This document shows positions 36,132 to 45,678 of a DNA stretch of 64,000 bases, in pieces. How positions within the stretch are numbered: the stretch's first letter is position 1; every line of letters begins with the position of its first letter. This DNA is from a virus. The notes beneath the pieces are model-generated. The model was given only the letters and a program-made list of their open reading frames with translations, did not search any database and had not been told where the DNA came from. The position numbers and the translations under genes are program-made. The stretch covers positions 2,319 to 66,318 of IMG/VR virus record IMGVR_UViG_3300003323_000550; one strand, given 5' to 3'.

Positions 36132-38458
36132 AAAAGCTCCTCGCCCTTTTCGCCATTTTGCTGTTTGTCGCTCCGGCACTGGCGCAGCAGGTGCCCGTTC
36201 ACACGATTCCGATCGGCAAGGGGGCGGGGCAGCAGGGCTTCAACAACACCGGCACTGGCACGGCGGGACAGGTTCTCACCAGCAATGGTGCCGCATCTGA
36301 TCCGACCTGGCAGTCCAGTGGTGGCGGATCGGGCACCGTCACTTCGGTCTCGGTAGTCTCGGCCAACGGCCTCGCGGGCTCGGTCGCCAACGCCACCACG
36401 ACACCGGCGATTACGCTCTCGACGTCGGTCACGGGCATCCTGTCGGGCAACGGCACGGCGATCTCGGCCGCCTCGACCACGGGCTCCGGCGCTGTGGTGC
36501 TGGCCACCAGCCCGACGCTGGTCACGCCAGCGCTGGGAACGCCCGCCTCGGGCGTGGCGACCAACCTGACGGGGCTACCGCTCACCACGGGCACCACCGG
36601 CACGCTTCCGGTCAACAAGGGCGGCACCAACCTCACCAGCGGCATCAGTGGGGGCGTGCTGGGCTTTACTGGTGCGGGCACCATCGCTTCATCGGCGGCG
36701 CTCGGTGCCAGTGAGATCGTGATCGGCGGTGGCGCGGGTGCGACGCCGACAAGTCTAGGCACGCTGGGGACCACTACGACGGTGCTGCACGGCAATGCGG
36801 CCGGTGCGCCGACCTTCGGCGCAGTGAACCTCGCGACGGAGGTCACGGGCAATCTGCCGGTCACCAATCTCGACTCCGGCACATCGGCTTCCAGTTCGAC
36901 GTTCTGGCGCGGCGATGGAACCTGGGCGACGCCGGCCGGCGGCGGCACGGTCACCCACACGGGCAACCTGACGGCCAATTCGCTGGTCCTGGGCAACGGT
37001 AGCGCGGACACCATCGTTGCAGCGGGCCTCACCACCGATGGAATCAGCGTCATCAACTTGGGAACAGCGGGAGCCACAGTTGGAGGTGTCGTCTTCTCCA
37101 ATTCGACCTCGGGCAGCATCACACTCAATCCAGCCACGGGTGCGCTGGGAAGTTCGGTTTTGACGCTACCTGCCGCGACAGACACGCTGGTCGGAAAAGC
37201 CACGACCGACACGCTGACCAACAAGACCTTCGACACAGCCGGTTCGGGCAATAGTTTCTCAATCAATGGCGTCGCAGTCACGGCCAATACCGGAACGGGC
37301 GCCGTGGCTCGGGCCGCCAGCCCAACCTTCACTACCCCGACCCTGGGCGTAGCCTCGGCGACCTCGATCAACAAAGTCGCCATCACTGCTCCGGCTTCGA
37401 GCGCAACCCTGACAATTGCCGATGGCAAGACACTGACCGCCAACAATTCGATCACGCTGGGGGGCACCGACAGCACCACCATGACGTTTCCGTCGACCAG
37501 CGCGACGATCGCACGCACCGATGCGGGGCAGACCTTCACCGGAACCCAGACGTTCAGCACTGCGATTGCGGCCACCAGCGGAGGCACTGCGCAATCGACC
37601 TACACCACTGGCGATATTCTCTATGCCTCGGGCGCGAACACGCTATCCAAGCTCGCCGTGGGCTCAAGCAACCAGATCCTGACGGTCAGCGGCGGTGTCC
37701 CGTCCTGGCAGAATGCCCCAGCCGGTTCGGGCACTGTGACCAACACGGGGACACTTACGGCCAATCGGATCATCATCGGCAACGGAACGACCGATGTCAC
37801 GACTGCGGCAGGTCTTGTGACCGATGGTGCCAGCGTCATCACCCTAGGCGTTGCCGGCTCGTCGGTCGGCGGTGTGGCCTTCAACAATGCCACTTCGGGC
37901 AGCATTACGCTGCAGCCGACAACCGGCGCATTGGGCTCGTCGGTCCTTACCCTTCCGGCCGCCACAGATACCTTGGTGGGCAAGGCGACCACCGACACTC
38001 TGACCAACAAGTCGATCAGCGGCACGACCAACACGTTCACCAATATTCCCTATTCCGGGCTCGCTTCAGCGGCCATCGCCACGGCGGGTAATTATCAGGC
38101 CAATGCTGCGAGCACTCTGCTCGGTCCGAATGCGGTATGGTCTGCGGCCAGCACAGTCGCCTTGACCGATGCCGCGACCATTGCGGTGGACATGTCGACG
38201 GGCATCAATTTCACCGTCACTCTGGGGGGCAACCGTACTCTCGGTGCTCCCTCCAATACCAAAGTCGGCCAGACCGGGGTCATCCGCGTTGCGCAGGATG
38301 GAACCGGCTCACGGACCCTGGCCTACAACAGCGCCTACAAGTTTCCGGGCGGCACAGCTTGCACCTTGACCACCACCGCGAGCCATGTGGATTACCTGTT
38401 CTATTGGGTCTTTTCGAGCACAGAAGTCCTCGTCAACTGCGTCCTCAACGTGAGCTAA
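36128..38458 (+). CDS. Signal-peptide-bearing long tail-fibre-like protein
   Basis: [19 protein letters not shown]|[29 protein letters not shown] repeats. C-terminal TLGGNRTL..P....GQ....QDGTGSRTL domain. Confidence 0.85.
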   Translation: MKKLLALFAILLFVAPALAQQVPVHTIPIGKGAGQQGFNNTGTGTAGQVLTSNGAASDPTWQSSGGGSGTVTSVSVVSANGLAGSVANATTTPAITLSTSVTGILSGNGTAISAASTTGSGAVVLATSPTLVTPALGTPASGVATNLTGLPLTTGTTGTLPVNKGGTNLTSGISGGVLGFTGAGTIASSAALGASEIVIGGGAGATPTSLGTLGTTTTVLHGNAAGAPTFGAVNLATEVTGNLPVTNLDSGTSASSSTFWRGDGTWATPAGGGTVTHTGNLTANSLVLGNGSADTIVAAGLTTDGISVINLGTAGATVGGVVFSNSTSGSITLNPATGALGSSVLTLPAATDTLVGKATTDTLTNKTFDTAGSGNSFSINGVAVTANTGTGAVARAASPTFTTPTLGVASATSINKVAITAPASSATLTIADGKTLTANNSITLGGTDSTTMTFPSTSATIARTDAGQTFTGTQTFSTAIAATSGGTAQSTYTTGDILYASGANTLSKLAVGSSNQILTVSGGVPSWQNAPAGSGTVTNTGTLTANRIIIGNGTTDVTTAAGLVTDGASVITLGVAGSSVGGVAFNNATSGSITLQPTTGALGSSVLTLPAATDTLVGKATTDTLTNKSISGTTNTFTNIPYSGLASAAIATAGNYQANAASTLLGPNAVWSAASTVALTDAATIAVDMSTGINFTVTLGGNRTLGAPSNTKVGQTGVIRVAQDGTGSRTLAYNSAYKFPGGTACTLTTTASHVDYLFYWVFSSTEVLVNCVLNVS

Positions 38459-39346
38459 ATGAAGCGTCTCGGGCTGCTTTTCGTCACTCTCGCCTTTCTG
38501 TGCGCTGGTCTTGTGCCGTCTTCGGCGATGCTGCCTGGTATCATTCAGGGCGGCGGATTTCAGCCGATCCAGATCACCTACCTTGTGGTGGCTGGCGGTG
38601 GCGGCGGCGGGCGTTTCGGTGGCGGCGGCGGCGCCGGCGGGATGCTCACCGGATCGGACGTCATCTACCCCGGATCATCAGCCAGCGTCACCGTGGGCGG
38701 TGGTGGCAACGGATCAACGTCGCGTGGCTCAAATGGCGCCAACGGGTCGAACAGTGTTTTCCTGACACATACGGCAACCGGAGGCGGTGGCGGCAACTCC
38801 GGCAACGTCGCTGGTGCCGGCAATGGTGGGTCCGGCGGCGGCCTCGGCAATAATAACGGCACATCCTCCGGCACCGGCGGCACCGGAACTGGAGGCCAGG
38901 GCAACAATGGAGGCGGTAACAGCGCGGCGGCGGTCGTGTGCGGTGGTGGTGGCGGTGCCTCGGCCATCGGTGGAACGGGTAACGATACTGGCTCCGTGGG
39001 AGGCAATGGCGGCAATGGTACGGCTTCAAGCATCAGCGGATCGTCGGTAACTTATGCGGGCGGCGGCGGTGGATGTGCTCTCACGACTGCTGGCACTGGT
39101 GGTGCTGGTGGAGGCGGTGCTGGTGCCACTGGAACTTCAAATGGCACTGCAGGGACCGCCAATACAGGCGGTGGAGGCGGCGGCTCGCGAGATAATGCTG
39201 GCGGCGGTGGCAACGGCGGCAACGGCGGAAGCGGGATCGTCATCGTCAGATATCTCGGTTCCGCTCGATGCACTGGCGGCACGATCACATCGTCTGGAGG
39301 TGCCACCATTCACTCGTTCACCAGCAACGGGACGCTGGCCTGCTGA
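38459..39346 (+). CDS. Signal-peptide-bearing glycine-rich domain protein
   Basis: MKRLGLLFVTLAFLCAGLVPSSA|M. YLVVAGGGGG...GGGGAGG, ANTGGGGGG, GGSGIVIVRY, IHSFTSNG of phage Gly-rich fibre-tip domains. Confidence 0.8.
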   Translation: MKRLGLLFVTLAFLCAGLVPSSAMLPGIIQGGGFQPIQITYLVVAGGGGGGRFGGGGGAGGMLTGSDVIYPGSSASVTVGGGGNGSTSRGSNGANGSNSVFLTHTATGGGGGNSGNVAGAGNGGSGGGLGNNNGTSSGTGGTGTGGQGNNGGGNSAAAVVCGGGGGASAIGGTGNDTGSVGGNGGNGTASSISGSSVTYAGGGGGCALTTAGTGGAGGGGAGATGTSNGTAGTANTGGGGGGSRDNAGGGGNGGNGGSGIVIVRYLGSARCTGGTITSSGGATIHSFTSNGTLAC

Positions 39347-39360
39347 AAGGTAAAATCAAG

Positions 39361-39894
39361 GTGGACAAGTCCATTCCCAAACCAGCGGTCATTTTACTGA
39401 GGTTCATCTACGGGTTCGAGAGCCGGAATAGCTACACCACGGTCTACGGCAACCATGAGGATGAACTGACCAAGCCGATCACCTCGATGACGCTGGATGA
39501 ACTCGCGGCAGCACAGAAATTCCTCGGCAAGCGCCACGGATCATCTGCTGCCGGTGCGGCGCAATTCATGCCGCCGACGATCATCGACCTGCGCACCAGC
39601 ATGAAACTGACTGGTCAGGACGTATTCTCGCCTGATCTGCAGGATCGCATGGCTTACACGCTGCTCAGGCGCCGGGGCTACGCCAGTTTTATGTCCGGCA
39701 GTCTCAGTCTTATCGGGTTTGGCCGTAACCTCGCGATGGAGTGGGCTTCCATGCCGGTGCTGGCCGCTGGACCAGGCGCGCATCGCAAGGTAGCTCGCGG
39801 CGAGACTTATTATGCAGGGGACAAGCTCAATCGCGCCCTGGTCGACCCAGCAAAAGTCGAAGCCGTCCTTGCCCAAGTGCTCAAGGCAGCGTAA
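39361..39894 (+). CDS. Endolysin, lambda-R/GH104-like lysozyme fold
   Basis: LLRFIYGFES..Y, SSAAGAAQF...T, FSPDLQD, LAMEWASMP. Confidence 0.85.
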   Translation: MDKSIPKPAVILLRFIYGFESRNSYTTVYGNHEDELTKPITSMTLDELAAAQKFLGKRHGSSAAGAAQFMPPTIIDLRTSMKLTGQDVFSPDLQDRMAYTLLRRRGYASFMSGSLSLIGFGRNLAMEWASMPVLAAGPGAHRKVARGETYYAGDKLNRALVDPAKVEAVLAQVLKAA

Positions 39895-39924
39895 TTCGGT
39901 TCCAGTCTTTCGGGAGATCAGTCG

Positions 39925-40485
39925 GTGATACCCTCGGAGTCAGACCGCGCAATTATGAGGGCCTGGCAAAAAACGCTGCAGGATGCTGCAGTGGCCGACG
40001 GCCTTCCGAATCCGCTCCCGAAATTCGGTGCCGATGGCCTAGGCGGACGTGAGACCCAAGCCGCCATCGTCGATTTCCAGAAACGCCGGGGGATCATGCC
40101 GATCACCGGCCAGTTCGATGCCTCCACCCGGACTGCACTGAATCCGGTTCGGGCCAAGACGCTCAATCCGCTCGAGATCGCCTTACTCGAAACGGCGCTC
40201 GACGCGATCATCCCTCCGTCACCAGCAAAGGAATTTCTGATGTTCAATTTCCCCAACATCGTCAAGTTCGTCATCGGCCTTCTCCCTGGTCTGCCCGATG
40301 ACGTGAATAAAATCCGGGCTGCGATCGGCGAACTCGTCACCGATGCGCAGGACAAGAACGGGATCGAGGGGCTTCGCGACTCGGCTCGCTTCGCCCGTAT
40401 CGTCGCTGACGAGCTCGACAAAGTGGCCGATGCACTCGATCCGTCGGGTGCGATCCAGCCGGCGAACCCGCTCATCAACAAGTGA
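39925..40485 (+). CDS. Peptidoglycan-binding-domain protein (possible internal start at 40240)
   Basis: WQKTL...DGLGGRETQAAIVDFQKRRG...TG.FD..T..AL matches the PG_binding_1 pattern. Confidence 0.75.
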   Translation: MIPSESDRAIMRAWQKTLQDAAVADGLPNPLPKFGADGLGGRETQAAIVDFQKRRGIMPITGQFDASTRTALNPVRAKTLNPLEIALLETALDAIIPPSPAKEFLMFNFPNIVKFVIGLLPGLPDDVNKIRAAIGELVTDAQDKNGIEGLRDSARFARIVADELDKVADALDPSGAIQPANPLINK

Positions 40486-40901
40486 TACTCGACGCCTTCG
40501 GACCCGACTCAGGCCCACTCCTTGCTGCCGGCGCGCTCGGTGGCTTGGTGCGCGGCCTCGTCGTGTTCCGAAGCGTCCTCGCCAAGGGGCCGGTGACACG
40601 GGCAATCGCCCTTGCGTCATTGCTCGACACCGGCACCTCGGTCATCATCGGGGCGATCATCGCCCTGTTTCTGCATGGCACAGGTGAAGCCGTGCTCGAG
40701 CTTCCCGTTCTCAACCAGATCGTCCTCGAGGGCACCGCGCGCACCGCGACCTCGGGATTCCTCGCCGGCTTCGGATCGATTGCGATCGCTGGCGCAGTGT
40801 GGGATTTCTTCTCCGGGGTGGATTTTGCCGCGCTGTTCAAGCGCAAGGACATCCAGCCACCGGCACCACCTCCTCCAATCAACGAACCGGGCGCACCATG
40901 A
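40482..40901 (+). CDS. Holin-like membrane protein
   Basis: About three hydrophobic segments. Follows the endolysin genes. Confidence 0.55.
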   Translation: MILDAFGPDSGPLLAAGALGGLVRGLVVFRSVLAKGPVTRAIALASLLDTGTSVIIGAIIALFLHGTGEAVLELPVLNQIVLEGTARTATSGFLAGFGSIAIAGAVWDFFSGVDFAALFKRKDIQPPAPPPPINEPGAP

Positions 40902-41074
40902 ACCAGTCCGTCGCCAAGGCCGCTAAACACACCGGCATCAATGTCCTTCTCTATGTGGCGATCTGCGCCATCATCGCCGTGGGCTACATCGCTTGGGACA
41001 CCGACTTTTTCACCAAGCAGCCGAGTTGGTGGCAGGCCCGCCAGTCACTCGGCTACGCCACCTCTCGCAACTAG
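40898..41074 (+). CDS. Small single-pass membrane protein
   Basis: INVLLYVAICAIIAVGYIAW; ATGA coupling. Confidence 0.5.
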   Translation: MNQSVAKAAKHTGINVLLYVAICAIIAVGYIAWDTDFFTKQPSWWQARQSLGYATSRN

Positions 41075-41083
41075 GAGCGTCAC

Positions 41084-41413
41084 ATGCCCGCAGATATCGC
41101 TAGCGGATCGGTCTACATGGGCGGCGTCGACATCGCCGCCTCGACCATCGAGTCCATCCTCAACACCCAGATCGCCAATCTGATCGATGACGTCTATGCG
41201 GATGGCAAGATCAGCAACGCCAAGCGCGTAGCGCTCAAGAAGCGCTGCCAAGCCGTCGGTGCCCGGATCAGTGAACTCGCGCTGAACCTCCATACCGACC
41301 TGATCGATGCGGCCCAGGCTGCGGACATTGATCTGCCGCCGCCCTCCGATGGCACCGAGGAGTTCATCGAGGTGATGAACACGATGGTGCATCCGCTCGG
41401 CGGCACGCGGTGA
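41084..41413 (+). CDS. Hypothetical helical protein
   Basis: AGGAG SD; 109 aa. Confidence 0.65.
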   Translation: MPADIASGSVYMGGVDIAASTIESILNTQIANLIDDVYADGKISNAKRVALKKRCQAVGARISELALNLHTDLIDAAQAADIDLPPPSDGTEEFIEVMNTMVHPLGGTR

Positions 41414-41898
41414 GCGTGTACGAGCTCATCTTCCTGCTCGCGGCGGCCGGCGTCGTGGTGCTGGCCATGCTCAGCGCCCACTTCCGCGGCGCGTTCTGGG
41501 TATTCGCGATCGTCACCGACGCCGTGATCTCGGACGCCTGGATCTCGGCCGGCTGGCCGCTGCCCGACGCCTTCATGGCCTTCGCCGATTTCTGCGTCTG
41601 TGCTGGGGTGTATTATTTAGCTGCACACCGTTGGGAATTGTGGCTTTGGTTGGTGATGCAGACCTCGATGCTGGTGAGCCTCGTTCACCTCGGGGCGAGC
41701 ATCGTGGCGCCGAACTGGATCGACCAAGGCGATTACCTGTCGGTCCTCGAATTTTGCAACTATGCCGCGATATTGCTGATTGGGAGCATTACCGGCTTTG
41801 TTGCTGTTCATCGTAAAACTGGTCGTGCTTTTGGTCCTTGGCGTCGCATTCGTTGGCTTGTCCATCCTTCACAGCGCGAAGGCGCGGCAGGTCAGTAG
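41410..41898 (+). CDS. Multi-pass membrane protein
   Basis: About five hydrophobic segments; GTGA coupling. Confidence 0.65.
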   Translation: MSVYELIFLLAAAGVVVLAMLSAHFRGAFWVFAIVTDAVISDAWISAGWPLPDAFMAFADFCVCAGVYYLAAHRWELWLWLVMQTSMLVSLVHLGASIVAPNWIDQGDYLSVLEFCNYAAILLIGSITGFVAVHRKTGRAFGPWRRIRWLVHPSQREGAAGQ

Positions 41899-41906
41899 AG
41901 GACAAA

Positions 41907-42191
41907 ATGGCCGAAGGCGGCGCTCTTGAAATTCCAACGCTGCCGATCGATCACGCAGCCGAAACGCTCCTCGCAGCGAACCCCGTTCTGGGGGCCGTCA
42001 TCGTGCTTGAGGCCGCAGCGATCATTGTCCTCGCCATCTACATCGCTCGCCTGAGCAAGGCCAAGGATGAGGAACTGGCGGCCGCGAAAGCCGAACATAT
42101 CGCTGACGTGAAGGTGATGATTCCGGCTCTGCATGATCTGCGGGAAACGGTTCTCGCCGCGATCCAGCAAATCCCGCGGAGGCGTACATGA
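41907..42191 (+). CDS. Single-pass membrane protein with helical tail (holin-like)
   Basis: GAGGA SD; PVLGAVIVLEAAAIIVLAIYI. Confidence 0.6.
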   Translation: MAEGGALEIPTLPIDHAAETLLAANPVLGAVIVLEAAAIIVLAIYIARLSKAKDEELAAAKAEHIADVKVMIPALHDLRETVLAAIQQIPRRRT

Positions 42192-42373
42192 TGCGGGAGA
42201 TCATCGCCATGCTTCGCGGCCAGCCAAGTCAGCAGGTCGAGATTCAAAACCGAGAGTTGCAGGCGCTGCGTCCCAAACTCAGGACAGAAGTCCTCGGGCT
42301 CAAGCGCGCCAACATCGTGGCCCGAACCACCTTACTTAACGAATTGATCGACGGTCCCAAGAGGCACCAATGA
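42188..42373 (+). CDS. Small helical hypothetical protein
   Basis: GGAGG SD; coupled on both sides. Confidence 0.55.
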   Translation: MMREIIAMLRGQPSQQVEIQNRELQALRPKLRTEVLGLKRANIVARTTLLNELIDGPKRHQ

Positions 42374-42861
42374 GAATCACCCGCCCGCGCCTTTTATTGG
42401 GCGCCCTGATCCTGACGCTGATCTACTGGATACCGGCGTTCTGGTTCGCTGACCAGGCGCGTTCGGCCGTCAATGCCGCCTATTTTCTACTCGCCATGAT
42501 GACGAGTTTTCTGCTGCTTCCCGACGTCATCGACGTGTTCCGAACCGATGCGGATGGAATGCGCTGGCAGGTGGTATTCGCCAAATTGGGCATCTTCCTT
42601 CTCGCCGCCTCGTTCACACTCAGCCGGGCGTGGGGCTTGTTCATCAGCTATCAAGGATACCCGGACGATCTCCTCCACAGCCCGACGGGCGGGTACTTTG
42701 TCTATGTGCAGGGGCTGGGATTGGGCGGCATCTTCCTCGGCTTGAGCAATCCCGGCACGGTGTCGCCCAACCTGAGCGCCCGCAGCGCGGTCATCATCGC
42801 CTGCGCCTGCGGCATCGTCATCGGCATCGCGCTTGGCCGGGTGCCGATTCCGGCAGCATAA
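42370..42861 (+). CDS. Multi-pass membrane protein
   Basis: About five hydrophobic segments; last gene of the rightward late operon. Confidence 0.65.
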   Translation: MRITRPRLLLGALILTLIYWIPAFWFADQARSAVNAAYFLLAMMTSFLLLPDVIDVFRTDADGMRWQVVFAKLGIFLLAASFTLSRAWGLFISYQGYPDDLLHSPTGGYFVYVQGLGLGGIFLGLSNPGTVSPNLSARSAVIIACACGIVIGIALGRVPIPAA

Positions 42862-42891
42862 CAAAAGGCCCCGGTACGATGCCGGGGCCTT
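42862..42891 (-). terminator. Intrinsic terminator between convergent genes
   Basis: AAGGCCCCGG-7 nt-CCGGGGCCTT hairpin with a T-run on the minus strand. Confidence 0.75.
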
Positions 42892-42911
42892 CATCCATCT
42901 TGGAGACTTGA

Positions 42912-43640
42912 TCAGGCAGTCGGCGGTACGGGCGGCGTCGGCGGCACCGGCGCGGGCTCGTTGGCGCCCGGAGGGGGGACGTTGGTGGTCTCGACCGGCT
43001 GACCGGCGGGCACGGTGAAGACGCCCGGATTGCTGTCGCCCTGCGACGTAGTGACCAGCACGACCAGATCGTTCGCCGCGGTGCCCTCGGGCACCGTCGC
43101 GGTCACATGCTCGGCGTCGGGCCCGGCAAAGACCGTCGCCGGAACGCCGCCGAAGCTGACGCCAGTGAGACCGTCGAGATCGCGGCCGGTGATGGTGACC
43201 TGGGTGCCCGCCGGACCGGACGCCGGTTCGACGCTGGTGATGTAGGGAGGCATCAGATCCTTGACCGGATCGGCGGGATTGAGCGGTTCGCCGTCGGCGC
43301 TGATCGCCGCAGTGATGTCGGCGAGGTCGGCGTGGAACTTCTGGTGCAGGTCATCGATCTTGGTCTGCACGTCGCCGGGGATGGTGGGGTTGTTCTTGAG
43401 CGTGTTGAGCTCGGCCAGCAGGTCGCCGACCATATGGATCAACTTGGTGGTGCCGTCTTTCAGCGCGGCCTCATCGGCCTCGATATCTTCGATTTTAGCC
43501 ATGGTCACTCGTCCTTGGTTGAGAATCAGGTGGTCGTCGTGGGCAACAACCCCGAGCAACTGCAGCACGGCATCAAGTTTGACTTCGATGCGATGGGCCT
43601 GAGCGCCGGAGGCCAATAGTCCGTAACTCTGCTGGGTCAT
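42912..43640 (-). CDS. Coiled-coil plus IPT/TIG (Ig-like) domain protein (second start likely at 43502)
   Basis: PYITSVEPASGPAGTQVTITG..L.G...VSFGGVPA...T..VP is the IPT/TIG pattern. Pro-rich tail. Confidence 0.8.
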   Translation of the reverse strand: MTQQSYGLLASGAQAHRIEVKLDAVLQLLGVVAHDDHLILNQGRVTMAKIEDIEADEAALKDGTTKLIHMVGDLLAELNTLKNNPTIPGDVQTKIDDLHQKFHADLADITAAISADGEPLNPADPVKDLMPPYITSVEPASGPAGTQVTITGRDLDGLTGVSFGGVPATVFAGPDAEHVTATVPEGTAANDLVVLVTTSQGDSNPGVFTVPAGQPVETTNVPPPGANEPAPVPPTPPVPPTA

Positions 43641-43901
43641 CGGGGGTTGCCTGTGTTGAAAGGGAACGACCCGATCTGCGTAGGGCTTGGGGGCGCGGTG
43701 ATGACCGGATCGTTCCGTCTTTGGAGGCTGTCGGGAACTGCAGGGGGCGAGTCCTTCATTCCCGACGCAGATGCACTACCACTGTCCCCCGTCACGGTCG
43801 AGTGCGGTTCCAGAAAAACCCCGACTTCATTCACATCTATCCCCTCGTGCGCGATGACGGACTGTAAGTAGAGCACGATGGCAAGGCTGGCCTTGGTCAT
43901 G

Positions 43902-43941
43902 AAAAATCCCCTCAGGTGAGTGGTTCCTGAGGGGAAGTTTT
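43902..43941 (-). terminator. Intrinsic terminator ending the leftward early operon (possibly bidirectional)
   Basis: Perfect 10-bp stem TCCCCTCAGG/CCTGAGGGGA flanked by AAAAA and GTTTT. Confidence 0.75.
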
Positions 43942-44093
43942 GACGCTGAGACCTTTATGTCGGGTTAACGCCCGGCTGCGGTCAGAGGTTCAATTTTGCC
44001 GCGATGCGATCAAGGCGGCGGGTCAGCGGGCCGGTGACCAGTAGCCGCCGGAACAGGCAGGTGTCCCGCTGCTCCTGCTTTTTGCGCAGTTCC

Positions 44094-44588
44094 TCAAGAA
44101 TTACGTTGGGTGTCGGCTTCATCGCCCTGCTCCTGCTTGTAGGCTGCATCCCGCGCAGCGTTATCGCGCTCAGCCTTCCGGTGGTCCCGCACGACCAGGG
44201 CGCCGGTCAGCATCTCCTTGGTCAGGGTCAGGTCGTCGATCCGCCGCAGAAGATCGGCCTGCTTGACAGCAAACTCCTCCTCGATCTTGGCGATCGCACG
44301 GTTCTTTTCCTGCTCGGCGCCGTTGAGTTCCGACTGCAGGGTGATGATGCCGGCCTCGTAGGCGGCGATCTTGATCTGGGTTTCGTTCGCCAACACGTCG
44401 GCATGGACGATATGCGGGGACATCGAGGTGTCCAAGTTCTTTTGCTCGAGCGTGGCCGGAACAGGGTCTGGTGCTGGCGGCGCGGCCGGAGGTGCCTCGG
44501 GCTCGGGCGCTGGTGAGTTGGCGATCTGCGTGATCTCCGGGACTTCGGTCCCCTCGGTAGATGCCTTGGCGGCGGTTCTTGTCGGCAT
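44094..44588 (-). CDS. Coiled-coil hypothetical protein
   Basis: AAGGAG SD; 164 aa. Confidence 0.65.
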   Translation of the reverse strand: MPTRTAAKASTEGTEVPEITQIANSPAPEPEAPPAAPPAPDPVPATLEQKNLDTSMSPHIVHADVLANETQIKIAAYEAGIITLQSELNGAEQEKNRAIAKIEEEFAVKQADLLRRIDDLTLTKEMLTGALVVRDHRKAERDNAARDAAYKQEQGDEADTQRNS

Positions 44589-44605
44589 GATGGTCTCCTT
44601 TGGGA

Positions 44606-45232
44606 TTAGGCGTTCTCGTATCGAGCTCGCAGCCCATCATCGCGGGCGACGTTGATCTCCGACATGAGGGCATCCGAGCCGCCATTGTCGGGGTGGGCGT
44701 TGCGGGCTTTCTCTCGCCATGCGGCATTGATCTGGTCTGGCGTAGCGTGCTGCGAGACGCCGAGCACGTCCCACCACGCGCGCTTGGCGGCCGGCGCCGG
44801 AATGGCCACGAACCCTTCAAAGGCCCGTTCCATCATGGTGCCGCCCCCGAGGTCTTCGACACCTCGCAGATATTTCAGGACGAGCGCCAAGGCCCGCAGG
44901 TTTTCTTCGGCGCGGGTATGGCCATCCTGGGCCATGACCATCTGGCGACCTTTGAGCGTGAAGTAGATCGCCACGCCCTGATCCTCCGGCGCACCGAGGT
45001 TCTTGGACGGAAGGCCGTATTGGGTCAGGCGAAAGTTGGTGCTCAGCACGACGTTGCTCGCGCCAGCGCGGTCGAGTTCAGCGAAAAGCTCATCTCGCGC
45101 CTCGGCGAAGCTCCAAGGGCGCTTGGCCTTCCCCTTTTCCTGTTTCCCCCAGCGCCGCCGCGATTCCTGATGCATGTGACGTGGGGTTCGCTTCCAACCT
45201 GGCGGCCATTGCAGTGGATAGGCTTCTGTCAT
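44606..45232 (-). CDS. J-domain (DnaJ-like) phage protein
   Basis: C-terminal WWDVLGV...AWREKARNAHPDNGGS...INVA. N-terminal AYPLQWP.GW.RT. Confidence 0.9.
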   Translation of the reverse strand: MTEAYPLQWPPGWKRTPRHMHQESRRRWGKQEKGKAKRPWSFAEARDELFAELDRAGASNVVLSTNFRLTQYGLPSKNLGAPEDQGVAIYFTLKGRQMVMAQDGHTRAEENLRALALVLKYLRGVEDLGGGTMMERAFEGFVAIPAPAAKRAWWDVLGVSQHATPDQINAAWREKARNAHPDNGGSDALMSEINVARDDGLRARYENA

Positions 45233-45678
45233 TTCGGTGCCCTCTGCTGGATCTTACGGCTGCCTTTCGGCGGCCAGTTCGGTTTGGATTGGATCGGGGT
45301 GCGCTCCTCTTTGGGCTTGCGCACGATGCGGCTGCGATGGGTGGCCTTCGGACGGTCGCCGACGATCACCAGCACCTTGGCCTCGATGCGGCCCTCCAAG
45401 GTGCGCTGCAACGCCCGCAGTGAGTAGAACAGCCAGTCGGTTTCGGTGATGTAGGTGCCGTCGTCCATCTTGGCGCGGCGGTCCATCACATTGTGGCAGG
45501 AAAAGCACCCATCGGCGACGCTGATGTCGCTGGCCTTCTGAGCGCCGCCGGTATGGTCATCGCGGATGTGGCAGGGCACGGTGGTATCGGTGCCGCCTTG
45601 GCAGATGCCGGGGATCTGGAACTTGCAGGTCTGGCCCCGCGAAGCATCGAGGTAGCGCTGGCTTGTGATGCGGCTCAC
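45229..45678 (-). CDS. DUF1364/YbcO-like putative nuclease
   Basis: RGQTC..QIPGIC.....TTV.CH...QKASD...ADGCFSCH..MD. Confidence 0.8.
   Translation of the reverse strand: MSRITSQRYLDASRGQTCKFQIPGICQGGTDTTVPCHIRDDHTGGAQKASDISVADGCFSCHNVMDRRAKMDDGTYITETDWLFYSLRALQRTLEGRIEAKVLVIVGDRPKATHRSRIVRKPKEERTPIQSKPNWPPKGSRKIQQRAPK

Noticed and set aside
38580-39240. GGC/GGT-rich low-complexity tract as a DNA repeat element
   Set aside because: Explained by the glycine-rich protein domain it encodes.
35409-39346. Diversity-generating retroelement, expected from the BPP-1-like layout
   Set aside because: No reverse transcriptase motif and no template/variable repeat pair differing at adenines. The fibre duplication differs mainly at synonymous positions.
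43637-43900. 87-aa minus-strand ORF
   Set aside because: It starts immediately after a terminator T-run with no SD and has atypical composition. More likely the promoter/leader of the IPT gene.
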